A stretch of DNA of 64,000 nt from Chiloscyllium plagiosum (taxonomy: Eukaryota), in NCBI RefSeq assembly GCF_004010195.1, contig NC_057728.1:44144569-44208568 (forward strand). The letters are read 5' to 3'. Positions 11,967 through 25,935 of the stretch are shown piece by piece. Numbering within the stretch: position 1 is the stretch's first letter; each line of letters starts with the position of its first letter. The notes beneath the pieces are model-generated. The model was not told the origin of the DNA. It made no database searches and saw nothing but the letters and a program-made list of their open reading frames with translations. The position numbers and the translations under genes were made by a program.

Positions 11967-13448
11967 TACTGCACAACTGAAAAGTGTGCAACTGTTATCA
12001 ATCTCACAGAATTATAAAAGGCAACGAATTATTGCTATTGCTTAATGATGAATATCATTGCAGAAAACACCAATGAGAGAGGTTTGATATTTTCAGTGAC
12101 TGGAACATTGAGGCTGAAATTGGTCTTGAACACTTGTGCAAAATGGATAATACATTTACCAGCTCTTTTTACACTCTCTCCAAAATAATCCAATATTCTT
12201 TTCCACTCATAGAATAGAAAATCAGCTGGTCTGTCAATTTGCTATTATCCTCTTTGTGTTGCTGTCCAAAACTAGTTTCACACCTCTAATTCTTCCTGTA
12301 CATATTTGCTTTTCTGACACAGACATACATCTTCAGATTGATGCAGCATCTTGACTTTCTCGTTTGCAAGCAGCAACATTGAAATAATGGTAGTTGAAAT
12401 TACTGCAGGAGAAAAAAGGCAAAATGTGCCACCAGAACTTTCGATTGAGACGGGTACTTATGCAGGTTCCTTTTAATATTGGTCAAAATATCAACCAGAT
12501 GAACAATTGCTTACAACATGATACACCAAGCACTTCCATACCTGTTTTTATGTTATTCTTCACAGATGGCTTGTAAAGCATAGACATTTCTAAAAGTCTT
12601 TGGAATGGGACTGCTTTTTTGAAAAATCTCCTCTGTGGAAAATCAATTTTTAAAATTATAAATCACAGTGTTTAAGATATCAAAAATTAAGAGGAGAAGG
12701 TTAGAGTCTCCCTTCATTAGTACTATATGGGGGCAGCCAAATCTAAAATAATTAACTTCTTCAAATGCATTTCTGCTTGAGCACAATTTTCTGGCAGCCA
12801 ATATTTATGAAGTTGTACATAATTAACTACATCTATGTCATCAAACAGCACCAGGTACAATTTACAGGGAGTACAAACTACATAAAATTAAGTGCATGGC
12901 TGTACAGGTATTTGTTGAATGTAAGTGAAGGCTGTTCCATTTCATTCTTCTTCTTCTTCATTCTTTTTGCTATTTTATCTTATCTGAAGTGGATAGTGGA
13001 GTAGTGAAACATTAATTTATGCTCTTCTAGTATTTTATTTTTCATTTCTAATTTTCTGTATTTGTTGTGCTGTTTTTCTCTTTTATTTAATGTATTTAGT
13101 TTAGTATTTGAAAGACATAGTCTCTTCGATGTTTTACTATCCTCTTGTTAAATTTTCTAGTCCTGCATGGCTTCTAACTGCTTTCACAATAGCACAAACA
13201 TGATTTTGCTGGACCATAATGTAAATAAAATAAGGCATTACTGTATAGCAGCAGAAGTTAGGTTATGCATCCACCAACATCTGCACATTAAAAAGAATTT
13301 AGTGGAAGCCCTTTTCACAGCATTAACATATACTTTAAAGTTTGCATTGTTTTCTTTTCTGAGACTTGCAAAAATTATACGAATAATACTTGCGAGTCAT
13401 TGATTTATTGATCTTCTCAGTGAATATTTTTCTTTTTCTTTCTTTTAG

Positions 13449-14277
13449 AGGCAAGTCACTTCCCTTTTGATACGAGTGGGACTGCTGGCTGTCTGGGGTG
13501 CCACTTTACTGGGACTTCGCTTATACTGGATGGGTAACAAACCACCAAGCTTCTCCAACTCTGACAACCCCGCGGCAGATGCGGACAGTCTGCTTACACG
13601 AACTTTGACCTTTAATTATTTGCCGGCAGCAAATTTTTGGCTACTGTTATGCCCTGACACTATGAGCTTTGATTGGTCAATGGACGCTGTGCCATTGATA
13701 AGAACGATCAATGATTTGAGAAACCTTCACACTTTAGCATTCCTTGCTGGATTTCTGCTCCTCATCTACATCAGCCTGAAGAGCTCTCCAAAAGACAGAG
13801 TTTGCAATGGGAAAACAATGATGAATGGCAAACAGAATACAAATGGGCACAGCTGCCACTCAGCAATGGAGCATGGGAACAATGAACAGGGTTTTTATTT
13901 TGTAGCAAGAACTGACCACTTTGTAAAGAATGATTTAATTCAGGGACAACCACTTCCAAAAGCTCAGAACATTGTCATTTTCTCCTTATCACTTCTAATA
14001 GTGCCATTCCTGCCTGCTACTAACCTTTTCTTTTATGTCGGTTTCGTAATAGCAGAGCGAATCCTGTACATTCCAAGCATGGGTTTCTGTTTACTAGTAA
14101 CATTGGGCATAAGGACCCTCTCTCTCAGAATGAAGAAGAGAGTCTTTAAGAATTTGGTTTTATATGCAGCTGCTGCTTTAGTCGTTTTGTATGGATTGAA
14201 AACCATAATAAGGAACAGAGACTGGCATGATGAGGAAATGTTATATAGATCAGGGATAAAAGTGAATCCTGCTAAAG
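13449..14277 (+). CDS. TMTC2: TMTC2 coding exon (829 bp; corresponds to the large third exon in mammals), membrane/DUF1736 region
   Basis: Pyrimidine tract plus TTTTAG acceptor ending 13448; donor AAAG|GTAAAC. Translation RQVTSLLIRVG...RLYWMGNKPPSFSNSDNPAAD...LLLCPDTMSFDWSMDAVP...PATNLFFYVGFVIAERILYIPSMGFC...RNRDWHDEEMLYRSGIKVNPAK matches vertebrate TMTC2 as I recall it. Confidence 0.97.
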
Positions 14278-14382
14278 GTAAACAATTCTGACTTCAAAAT
14301 GTGAAACTCAGTGTTAAGATGATAAGTCATATTTAAATGGATTCCAGCACCAACATGAACAACTGCTTTCTCTTCCTGGCAG

Positions 14383-14497
14383 CGTGGGGTAACCTCGGGA
14401 ATGTTCTGAAAAGCCAAGGCAAAGTTTTGGAAGCTGAAAAGGCCTATAGAAATGCCTTGTACTATCGCAGCAACATGGCTGATATGCTTTATAATTT
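14383..14497 (+). CDS. TMTC2: TMTC2 coding exon (115 bp), first TPR region
   Basis: CTGGCAG| acceptor and TT|GTAAGT donor; (A)WGNLGNVLKSQGKVLEAEKAYRNALYYRSNMADMLYN(L); phase matches the previous exon. Confidence 0.97.
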
Positions 14498-16394
14498 GTA
14501 AGTATGCATGACTCAACTGCTGGCCTTATTCCTAACCAGGTCAATTATAAAACTTGCAATGAATGGCACTATTGATCTGTTTGTGTGACACAGATATTGT
14601 CTACTGGTACAATGAATCGCTATAGCAGTGTTTTAATTAATCCTGTTTCCCGGCCCCTCAGACAGCAGCATTTCTTTGTTGCATTCTTAAATAGGAAAAA
14701 GTTTCCCTCATTTCATTAGTTTTTAAAATCTCAAATACTGTTTGATTTCTTGCGCTTTGATGTTAATGGTTTAAGTTACGTTGCGAATGATTGTGTAATC
14801 TGTGCAAGTATATAGGTAATTGGCATTATACTACTAAGAAATTTGATGAAAGATATGGAATATTCTGAAAATATATAGAGTAAATATTGGGGATTATCTT
14901 TTTTTTTGGAAGTGATAGTTGTGCTCCTTACTGAGGTAAGTATATTTCAGCTTCAGAAATGACCGAATATTCCTTGCTCTATACTTTAAACTCAGACTAA
15001 TTTGTGTTATGGGATCCGTTCATCAAAATCATGCAGAGACAATAAAATGCAGTTTATTCGTGTCAATGCAGATATGATTACCTTTCAAATTTCACTTTCA
15101 ACTAGATTGAAGGATGCTGTATTGTACAACAGGATAATCAGCATCCGAGAGACCTCATAATTCGCTTGCAAAAAAACCTTTCCCTTGGATGGTGATTTAT
15201 GTGTTGTACAATGTTGTGGTTTTGGTCCTTATGCCAAATCTACCTTCTGACTTATTGGAGTCACTCACATATTATGCGAATGTAGATAAAATAAATCTAA
15301 AACTGGTCTTTTATTGAATTCTGCTAGAGAACATAATTTTACAAGCCAACATTCATTTTCCATTATGGCAATTCCTTCTGTTTTCAATTTTATATGAAGA
15401 TGTGAACAGCCACAAGCAAATAATCATATTTTAGCTTTTGTAAAGAAGTCATTAGCTGCAATACGTTTGATGCTTATACCAAAAAAAGTCGATGGCTTTT
15501 TGTGTAATAAGTTAGCTAAAAAGGATCAACATTGTGATCCAGTATCATAAGAAAGTGAGCTTGTCTTCAAAGTGTGACACTTGAACTTATTTACTGTGGT
15601 TTTCTGTAGTTTATTTGTTGTAGGCAAGGCTGATTCTCAAATAAGTTTAACAGTGTTCCGTGCTGGTCAATCAGAGACCGGCAGCCTCTAAAGACCACTA
15701 TTCAACGTCTAATCTTCAATGATCTAATAACTCAAAAGTTTTCCTTTGCTTCCCTTGGAGGAAGGGCATGGAGGGCAGGGGTGGGGGGGGGGGGGGATGT
15801 GGGTGGTGTCAAGGGGGTTGAGGTTGGTGATGGGGATCAGACACAAGACTCAGAGTTAGATTTGAAAATCACATTTTGCCCCATATCAATGTCTCTACAT
15901 TGCCACAGATGGGGTAAATGAAGGCTTTCAAATTACTTCGCAGGCAGTTTGCTATACCACTTCTCCCTTGTCTGGGCAATAATGAATTGAATTCTTTGAG
16001 ATGCCATTAATTGACTATTTAAGGGCTTTAATTACTGGCAAGATTTAAAAAAAAAATCACCATTGGACAATCAGTATTTAATTGTTGAGCTGACAAAAAA
16101 GGGCCAAACATTTCTTTGAGACCAACCTGCTCAATTATTTCCTCTTCTCATCACCTCTCTCATCATTTCCAGGGACAGAAAGTTCTGCCCATAGTTTGTA
16201 TGTATCCATACATACAAGAAAAGTGAAATCTTCTACCTGTTAAAATGAGTTTGATTAATATTATTACATAATAAGAAGAGGCACAATTCAAGCACCACAA
16301 AATGGTAGGTTTAGGTCAATTGCAAGGTCAAAATTTTCAAAAACTCAAACCTGAACCCATCCACCTCAGGCTATGTAAATGTCATTAAAACTAC

Positions 16395-16541
16395 AAGCTT
16401 CTCTCTCATGAGAGAGATGACTGGTGGTTAGTTTGACTTGAGTGTCACCACGTTTAAAACAAGGGATATGGTTGAGAAGACATGGTGTTGGTGTAATTTT
16501 GTATTGCAAAATGGCTGCCCAGCCAGTTGACCTAACTGACC
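16395..16541 (-). mobile_element. Degenerate tRNA-derived SINE
   Basis: Minus strand begins GGTCAGTTAGGTCAACTGGCTGGGCAGCC (A-box-like) and ends in CCACCAGTCATCTCTCTCATGAGAGAGA. Confidence 0.45.
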
Positions 16542-16708
16542 AATCCATGGGTGACCAATTAATGTATGACCATGAGGTGGACTAGTTATTTATATATCAG
16601 GCTATGCATCTCAGATTTTGTACAATATCTTCCCCTGTGCTTGGGAAAATCTGACCTTCACAATTTCAAAGCTCACAAACTGCACATCTGTTATATGTGA
16701 TGTAAAAT

Positions 16709-17040
16709 GGACAGCATGGTGGTTCGGTGGTTAACTAATGCCTCACAATACCAGGGATCTGAGTTCAATTTAAACTTTAGGTGACTGCCTGTGTGGAACT
16801 TACACATTCGCCCTTTGTCTGTGTGGGTTTCTGCCCGGTGCTCTGGTTTCTTCGCACAGTTCAAAGATTTGCAGGTTAGTGGATTGCCCATGCTAAATTG
16901 CCCAGAGTATCCAGGGGTGTGCAAGCTAGGTGGATTAACCATGGTAAATGTGGGGTTACGAGGATAGGGTGGAGAGCTGTTCGGAGTGTTAGTGTAGACT
17001 CGATGGACACTTTCCACACTGTAGGGATTCTATGATTCTA
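16709..17040 (+). mobile_element. HE1-type V-SINE
   Basis: tRNA-like head, V-domain (GTGTGGGTTTCTGCCCGGTGCTCTGGTTTC..CAGTTCAAAGATTTGCAGGTTAG), and CR1-derived tail TTTCCACACTGTAGGGATTCTATGATTCTA. Confidence 0.85.
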
Positions 17041-18638
17041 AATACCATGTCTGTCTTTTAATGTGAGAGTCAGGTTTGTAGTGCAGTTTGCGAGGCATGT
17101 TGAAGAACATAAGGAGAGTGCTTATAGAGGCAGGAGGATTAGAAGTTTCTCCTCAATTCTCCAATAAAGTATCTCAGCACCTAATAGTGTATAATATTTC
17201 ATTAATATTCTTCACATGTCATCCCTCTCACCTTCCCATCTTACCATCTCAAATCATCCATGCTACCCCTATGTTTTCTATATATCCTCTATCCACCCTC
17301 AGGTCACCTATGATACTTCTATGTCTCCATATCACCTGTAGCCACTCAGATGATCTTCAGATTTCATGCATTATTTTAGGTTGCTTACAAAATATAATCC
17401 TCTCACCATCTAATAAAATCTCCATATCATTGATAATGAAAAATAAAACTGCTGCCATGTGTAATCTACTGGCTTGTTTCAATAGATCAGAAAGACAATA
17501 AAGGAACAATCAATTATTCGGTCTTTTTGAAATATCATTCATTTTCAGGTGAATGGGATATGTACCATGCTGAAATCCAATTGTACTTAACCATACATTG
17601 ATAGTGGCCTCATTTGCCCCACATAAAGACTACCATGTTAGAAAGAAAATACAGAAGGTCCTTAGTTCAATTTCAAAACAGAGTGCTTGTACAATAATGT
17701 ATGAGAGTAGATGGTTAGATATTTTTCAAATATCAAACCTAGACTTTTTCTGTATTAGCCAGAACCATTGAAATCACAATAGCAAAGATTACTGCACAGC
17801 TAAAATATTCCAATGCAATGTGGTGCCTTTATTGGAAAAGCCTGCAAGTGAACAAAAACACAACGAGTGTAAGGGTCAATTTACCTTCTAAAGACAGATC
17901 CCTATGATGAATTACTGCAATAAAATACATCTGTGTTACAATACAGTACATAATCATGACATTTCAGGGTGTGAAAGTACTTTGCACATACCTTTTCAGA
18001 ATGTTCCAGACACCTCAGTAGGTTTTCCAGTTTCTTCACGAACTCTCAAATCTGATATGTTTTTGGAAAGCTTCCAAAGCCCACACCAGCAGGTAAAAAA
18101 ATTGATATTTGTTTCCTATTTAATCACAGCCAGGATGGGTGTTTGGCATACCCAACATAAAATTAACACAAAAATTAAATGAAAATTATAATTCCACGGA
18201 AACAATTGTGTTGAAGTTCACGTGCCAAATTATACCTTTGCAACCAGATGAAAATTTAACACTTAGAACTCTTTTAAAGTTGAATCCGGCTGGCAGGATT
18301 CCCTGGGCTTCAGGAAACCAGAACCTAAGTGGAAGTGAGGATTGCTGGATTCAGCTGTTAAGCACTTGTCTCCCATATCCAACTACTGCTTCAGCTCCTT
18401 TCCCTGTGATTTGACTTCCCCTTGCTATGACTTCCTGACTTTTCTTTCTAATGCTTTCTCCACCCATTCTGATCTCACCATCCTTTGTGCTTATCAACCG
18501 TGGCCTCCAATCTTCATTTCATTTGGATTCCTGAACTGCAAATCAGTACAATCCCCATTCTTGCCCACTGTTCCACCTTGACCCCCCACTACCACATCAC
18601 TGCTGAGCTACCAAATGTTGGGACTGGCTCAGGACAGT

Positions 18639-19186
18639 TATAGAGTCATGGAGATGTACAGCATGAAAACAGACCCTTCAATCTAACTCATCCATGCCAA
18701 TCAGATATCCTAATCTAACCCAGTCCCATTTGTCAGCACTTGTCCCATATCCCTCTCAACCCTTCCTATTCATATACCCATCCAGATGCCTTTTAAACGT
18801 TGCAATTGTACCAGTCTCCACCACTTCGTCTGGCAGCTCATTCCACATATGCACCACCCTTTCCATGAAAAAGCTGCCTCTTGGGTCCATTTTAAATCTT
18901 TCCCCTCTCACCCTAAACCAATACTTCTAGTTCTGGACTTTCCCCACCACAGGGAAAAGACTTTGTTTATTTATTCTATCCATTCCCCTCATGATTTTAT
19001 AAACTTCTATAAGGCCACCCCTCAGCCTCCAACGTTCCAGGGAAAACAGCTCCAGCCTATTCAGCTTCTCCCTATAGCTCAAATCTTCCAACCCTGGCAA
19101 CATCCTTGTAAATCTTTTTTGAACCCTTTCAAGTTTCACAACATCCTTCCGATAGGAGGGAGACCAGAATTACACACAATATCCAA
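18639..19186 (-). mobile_element. HER1/CR1 LINE, 5'-truncated 3' end
   Basis: Minus ORF KLERVQKRFTRMLPGLEDLSYREKLNRLELFSLERWRLRGGLIEVYKIM; (TATGACTC)-type tail. Confidence 0.9.
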
Positions 19187-20177
19187 TTAGAATGCATGTG
19201 TATGCATTGGCACAACAGTGATCATTTTTGTGCCGCGATGCCAACATGAAGATGTTAATCATTTACACATCTTTGCATCGACTGGACATATCCAATATTG
19301 TAACTTTTTACAATTTCTCCTGGAAATGAAAATAAAGAGGTTGTCACATGCATGGGGCCCTACCATCAGAACAAAATTCTCTATTCAAACCATATTCCCA
19401 CCTTAAAAGGGAATGCATCTGTTTTGAATATTTCTCTTGCTCTTTTTTATGTTATGTAATGGGCATTACTGATTCTTAGTTGAGGAAATTCAATTGTGAT
19501 TGTAAAGAATATGCAAAGAAGTACACATGCAACTTAACTTTTTAAAAAATGTAAACAGTAATGTTCGACATTATTGCTGTTGTTTTCTTAAAGGAAACTT
19601 TTACTGTGCTCTGGTGCTCAAATGACATCATGTTCTATTCATGAGCTGTGGAAACTCGTAACAGATTGTAGTTCTTTTTTAAAAAAACTCTCTGCATTCC
19701 ATTGTTTCCTTGGTGAATGGAGACAGGATTAACATTGAAGGATCTGCAGAAAAATCTAATAAGAAACTGCATAGCGTACATGAACAGCTAAATTTGTCAG
19801 TGGAAGGTGTAATAATTACAACTTTCAATGGCTGACAGGATTCTAATCACAATACCATTTAATAGAAGAATTGCGAAAGCATTAACCATATTTACACAAT
19901 ACTTTGGCTCCATATTGAATCATGAGCTTGCCAATGAAACCACGAGAACTGTTTTCATTATTTGTTGCTTTTAATTTATGGAATAATTTTAATAGTTAAA
20001 CAGAATTATGTATTGTTTACTGCACAGAAACAGACCATTCAGCCGTATTACTCAACACTGATTTCCACATCCCACAATCCATCAAACCTTATTCGCATAT
20101 CCTTCTGTTCCTTTCACCTTCAGGAATTTATACAGCTTACCCTTGCTCTGTCCATGTCTTTTTTTGTCCTTTTTTCT

Positions 20178-20620
20178 TTCATGGGATGTGAGTATTGCTG
20201 GTAAGACAAACACTTGTTGCCAATTCCTAATTATCCCTAAATTGCTAGGCCACACCACAGCCCATTTAAGAGTAAATCATATTGCTGAGGGTCAAGAGTC
20301 ACATGTAGACCAGACTGGATAAGGATACAAGATTTCCTTCCTAAAGGATATTAGGACACAAGATAAGTTTTTACAATAATCCAGTCTAGTCCAGATTTAT
20401 TAACTTAATCAAACTTCCTGTAGCTGCCATGGTGAGATTGTGAACCCGTGTCCTCAGATCATTAGACACTGGCCTCTGGATTACTGATGATGAGCTTCTA
20501 TCCAAAACATCAATTTTCCTGCTCCTCGGATGCTGCCTGACCTGCTGTGCTTTTCCAGCACCACTCTAATCTTGACTCTGGATTACTAGTCCACCGTTAT
20601 TATAGTTACAACACCATTTC
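20178..20620 (-). mobile_element. tRNA-SINE (same family as 2445-2808) containing a Penelope-like insert
   Basis: Reverse-complement match to 2445-2808, including GATTTCCTTCCTAAAGGATATTAG. Confidence 0.7.
20484..20580 (+). mobile_element. Short Penelope-like terminal fragment with a decayed hammerhead
   Basis: 12-bp direct repeat CTCTGGATTACT at 20474-20485 and 20576-20587. Begins at CTGATGA; 3' part nearly identical to 61951-62001. Confidence 0.75.
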
Positions 20621-23600
20621 TCACGATATTCTAAACACTAAGTTACTCATCGTGCTCAACAGAGCTAAGCAATTAGCCAGCCTGTCTGATCAAAACTGCA
20701 GTCCTACCACATCCAGTCATGAATGATATTAGTAAGTAAAAGGAAAAGGAAGTTGAATGAAAATCCCAATCTTCATAATGACAGAACCCAGCACTTAAGT
20801 GCAAAAGACAAAGCTGAAGCATTTTCAAGCAACTTTAGCCAGATGTGCTGAGTAGATTATCTCTCTTGGGCTACTTCTGAGCCCCTGTCATCAACATCTT
20901 CAGCTAATTTGATTCACTGCATGTGAAATCCAAAACAGCTGACTACACCAAATAGAGCAAAGACTAGGGACTGTACCAACAATCTATAATATACAAGCCC
21001 TGAACATTTGTGTTCTAGAACTAGCTGTGTTTTCACATCAATACCGCTTGTCCTTAGAACTGGAAAGATGCCCATGCCCCTCCATTTCATAAAAAAGCAG
21101 GACAATATCATTCTGGCCAATTACTGCCTATTAGCTTCCTCTCAATCATTGACAAAGGTATGGAAGTGAGCATTAACAATGCTGACAAGCAGCAGTAACC
21201 AAGAACCTGTACGTCTGTTGCTCAGCTTAGGTTCTGCCAAAACAATTCGGCTCCAAGCCTCAATATCTTGTTGATTCAAACACAGACAATAGTGTTAAAT
21301 TGTATAAGGGATGCAAGAATGACTGCCCTGGACAAAAAGTAATAAGACATTGAGGAGCTCTATGAATATTGAAATCAGGAGGAAATCTCCCCATTGGTTG
21401 GAATCATAATCTGTACAAAGAAAGATGATCAGTTGTTGGAGGCCAGTCATAGCAATCCCAGGATATCGTTTTCGGAATTTGGGTAGTGTCCCAGAACCAA
21501 CTATATTCAACTGCTTTATCAATGATCTTCTGCCCACTGTAAGCTCAGAAATGGGATGCTTGCTGATGACTTGGGCAAGTAGGCTTCAGCTGATAAATGA
21601 AAATCAACAATCAAATCACACATATGCCAAGTGATAAACTCCCATGACTGAATTCCACCACTATGAATATCCGAGGGTTACCGTTGACCAGAGATTTGCC
21701 TAGACCAGCCATGTGGTGACAAGTGGAGATGAATAGCTGAGGTGATTAACTTACTTCCTTATCCTCCGATGCCTTTCCAAAATTTACCAGGTTCAATTCA
21801 GAAGTGTGATGATATGATTTCTACTTACCTGAACGAGTGCAGCTAGGATAACAATTAAGAAGTTGAACACCATCCATGTCAAAACAGTCTGTTTGATTGG
21901 TGTCCCATGCACCACTTTGAACATTCACTTCCTTCACCAACAGTCCATTGTGCCCACAGAGTACACCATCTACAGGATGGTGTACTCTGCAGTAACTCAC
22001 CAAGGTTTCTTTCACCTGCCAAAATTGTGACTTCTGCCATCTGGAAGGACAATGGAAGCAAGCTGTGGAACATCATAGAGTCATTGAGTCACAGAGATGT
22101 ACAGCACAGAAACAGACCCTTTGATCCTCCTAGTCCATGCCAACCAGATTTCCCAAACTAATCTAGTCCCATTTGCCAGTACATGACCCATATCCCTCCA
22201 AACCCTTCCTATTCATATACTCATCTAGCTGCCTTTTAAATGTTGCAATTGTACCAGCCTCCACCACTTCCTCTGGCAGCTCATTTCATACACGTACCAC
22301 CCTCTGCGGTACCCCTTAGGACTCTTTTATACCCTCCCCCTCTCACCCTAAACCTATGTCCTCTAGTTCTGGACTCCCCCACCCCAGGGAAAAGACTTTG
22401 TTTATTTATCCTATCCATGCACCTCATGATTTTATAAACCTCTATAAAGTCACCCCTCAGCCTTCAACACTCCAGGGAAAACAGCCTATTCAATCTCTCC
22501 TTATAGCTCAAATCCTGCAACCCTGGCAACATCCTTGTAAATCTTTTCTGAACCTGTTCAAATTTCACAACATTCTTCCGATAGGAAGAACAGAATAGCA
22601 TGCAATATTCCAAAAGTGGCCTAACCTGCACAGCCGCAACATGACCTCTCTACGCCGATACTCAATGCTCTAACCAATAAAGGAAAGCATACCAAACGCC
22701 TTCTTCACTATCCTATCTACCTGCAACTCCACTTTCAGGGAGCTATGAACGGCACTCCAAGGTCTCTTTGTTCAGCAACACTCCCCAGGACCTTACCATT
22801 AAGTGTATAAGTCCTGCTAAGATTTGCTTTCTCAAAATGCAACACCTAGCATTTAGTTAAATTAAACTCCATCTGCCACTCCTCAGTCCATTGGCCCATC
22901 TGATCAAGATCCCTTTGTACTCTGAGGTAAACTTTTTCACTGTCGACTACACCTCCAATTTCGGTGTCATCTGCAAACTTATTAACTATACCTTTTATGC
23001 TCACATCCAAATCATTTATATAAATGACAAAGTGTAGTGGACCCAGCACAGATCCTTGTGGCATTCCACTGGTCACAGGCGTCCAGTCTGAAAAACAACT
23101 CTCCACCACCACCCTCTGTCTTCTACTTTTGAGCCAGTTCTGTATCCAAATGGCTAATTCTCCCTGTATTCCATGAGGTCTAACCTTGCTAACCAGTCTC
23201 CCATGGGGAACCTTGTCAAATACCTCATTGAAGTCCATATAGATCATATCTACTGCTCGACCCTCATCAATCCTGTTTGTTACTACTTCAAAAAATTTAA
23301 TCAAGTTCCTGAGACATGATTTCCCATGCACAAATCCATGCTGACCATCCCTAATCAGTCCTTGCCTTTCTAAAAATATGCAAATCCTGTCCCTTAGGAT
23401 TCCCTCCAACAATTTGCCCACTACTGACGTCAGGTTCATTGGTCTTTAGTTCCCTGGCTTTTCCTTACCACCTTTCTTAAATAGTGGCACCACGTTAGCC
23501 AATCTCCAGTCTTCCAGCAACTTACCTGTGACTATCAATGACGCAAATACCTCACCAAGAGGCTCAGCAATCACTTGCCTAGCTTCCAACAGAGTTCTAG

Positions 23601-25935
23601 GGTACACCTGATCAGGTCCTGGGGATTTATCCAATTTTATGCGTTTCAAGATATCCAGCACTTCCTCCTCCATGTCACCATCTATTTCTCCACATTTTAT
23701 ATCCTCCACATCCTTCTCCACAGTAAACACTGATGCAAAATACTCGTTTAGTATCTACCCCATCTCCAGCGACTCCACATAAGGCTGCCCTGCTGATCTT
23801 TGAGCGGCCCAAAACTCTCCCCAGTTACCCTTTTGTCCTTAATGTATTTGAAAAACCCTTTAGATTCTCCTTAACCCTATTTGCCAAAGCTACCTCATGT
23901 CCCTTTTTTGGCCTCCTGATTTCTCTCTTAAGTATATTCCTATTGCCTTTCTAATCTTCTTAACGATTCACTCGATCTCTCCTGTCTATACCTGACATAT
24001 GCTTCTTTCTTTTTTCATAAGCAAACCCTCAATTTCTCAAGTCATTCAGCATTCCCTACACCTGCTTGCCTTTCCTTTCACCTTAGCAGAAATATACTGT
24101 CTCTGGACTCTCATTATCTCATTTCTGAAGGCTTCCTGTTTTCCAGCCGTTCCTTTACTTGTGAACATTTGCCCCCAATCAGCTTTTGAAAGTTCTTGCC
24201 GAATACCGGCAAAATTGGCCTTTCTCCAATTTAGAACTTCCACTTTTCGATCTGGTCTATCCTTTTCCATCACTATTTTAAAACAAATAGAATTATGGTC
24301 ACTGGCCCCAAAGTGCTCCCCCACTGACACCTTAGTCACCTTCCCTGCCTTATTTCCCAAGAGTAGGTCACATTTTACACCTTCTCTAGTCGGTACATTC
24401 ACATACTGAATCAGAAAATTGTCTTGTACACTCTTAACAAATTCCTCTCCATCTAAACCCTTAACAGTATGACAGTCCCAGTCTATGTTTGGAAAGTTAA
24501 AATCCCCTACCATAACCACCCTATTATTCTTACAGATAACTGAAATCTTCTTACAAATTTGTTACTCAGTTTCCCACTGACTATTAGGGGGTCTATAATG
24601 CAACCCAAAAAGATGGTCATCCCTTTCTTATTTCTCAGTACCACTGAAATAACTTCCTTGCATGTATTTCCGGGTATATCCTCCCTAAGTACAGTTATAA
24701 TGCCATCCCTTCTCAAAAATGCCATTCCCCCTCCTCCCTTGCCTCCCTTTATATTCTTCCTATAGCATTTGTATCCTAGAACATGAAGCTGCCAGTACTG
24801 TCCATGAGCCACGTTTCTGTTATTGCCATGAATTGCCAGTCCCATGTTCCTAACCATTCCCTGAGTTCATCTGCCTTCCCTGTTAGGCCTCTTGCATTTA
24901 AATTAATTCAGTTGAATTTTTCAGTCTTACCTTGTTCTCTGCTTTGGCCCTGCCTGCTCTAACTGTTTGTTTGACTCGCTTCTTTTCTCAACTGTTCCAG
25001 TCTTCGATTGATTTCTTTCCTCAGAATCTCCCTAGGTCCCATGACCCCCCACCTTAGTGATTTAAATCCTCCTGAGCAGCCCTGCCAGTATATTAAGTAC
25101 CTTTACAATTCAGGTGAAATGCATCCTTCTTGTACAGATCACTTCAACCCCAGAAGAGATTCCAATAATCCAAAAATGTGAAGCCTTCTCCCATATACCA
25201 ACTCCTCAGCCATGCATTCATCTGCTCTATCCTCCTATTCTTACCCTCACTGGCTTGTACCACTGAGAGTAATCCAAATATTACTACCCTCAAGGCACTC
25301 CTTTTTTAAATTCCTGCTTCGCTTTCTGTATTCTCCCTTCAGAATCTTATCCTTTCCCCTTCCTGTGTTGTTGTTACCAATGTGTACAATGACCTCCTGC
25401 TGGCCCCTCTCCCCTTTGAAAATAATCTGCACCCTCTCTGAGACATCCTTGATCCTGGCACCAGGGAGGCAATGTACCATTCTGATTTTTCGCTGCTGGC
25501 TGCAGAAACATCTGACTGTTACTATGACTAGAAAGTGCCCTAAAACAATTGATCGCATTGTACGGGATATACCCCTCCTTACATTAAAACCTGTCTTGAT
25601 GCTAGAAACATGGATATTCATGCTACATTCCCCTGAAAGTCCATCACCCCCTATATTTTCCAAAAATGGGGCTAGCCACAGAAGACTCCTGTACTACCTC
25701 CCTGCCTCTCCTACCTTTCTTGTACTGAAGCTATCCACCTGACTGTGTTTGCGGCTTTTCTCCCTTTCTACAACTGCCATCCATCACAATGCCTAGCTCT
25801 TCTAAATTCCTCATTGCCTCTAACTGTCATTCCAACTGATCTATTCGATCTGACAGGATTCGCAACCACCGATATTTATTGCAGATATAATCCTCAGTAA
25901 CCCTTAAATTCTCTCGAAACTCTGACATCAACAAG

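Noticed and set aside
13467..14291. 274-aa ORF as a stand-alone gene
   Set aside because: It is an internal TMTC2 exon with a TTG pseudo-start and read-through into the intron.
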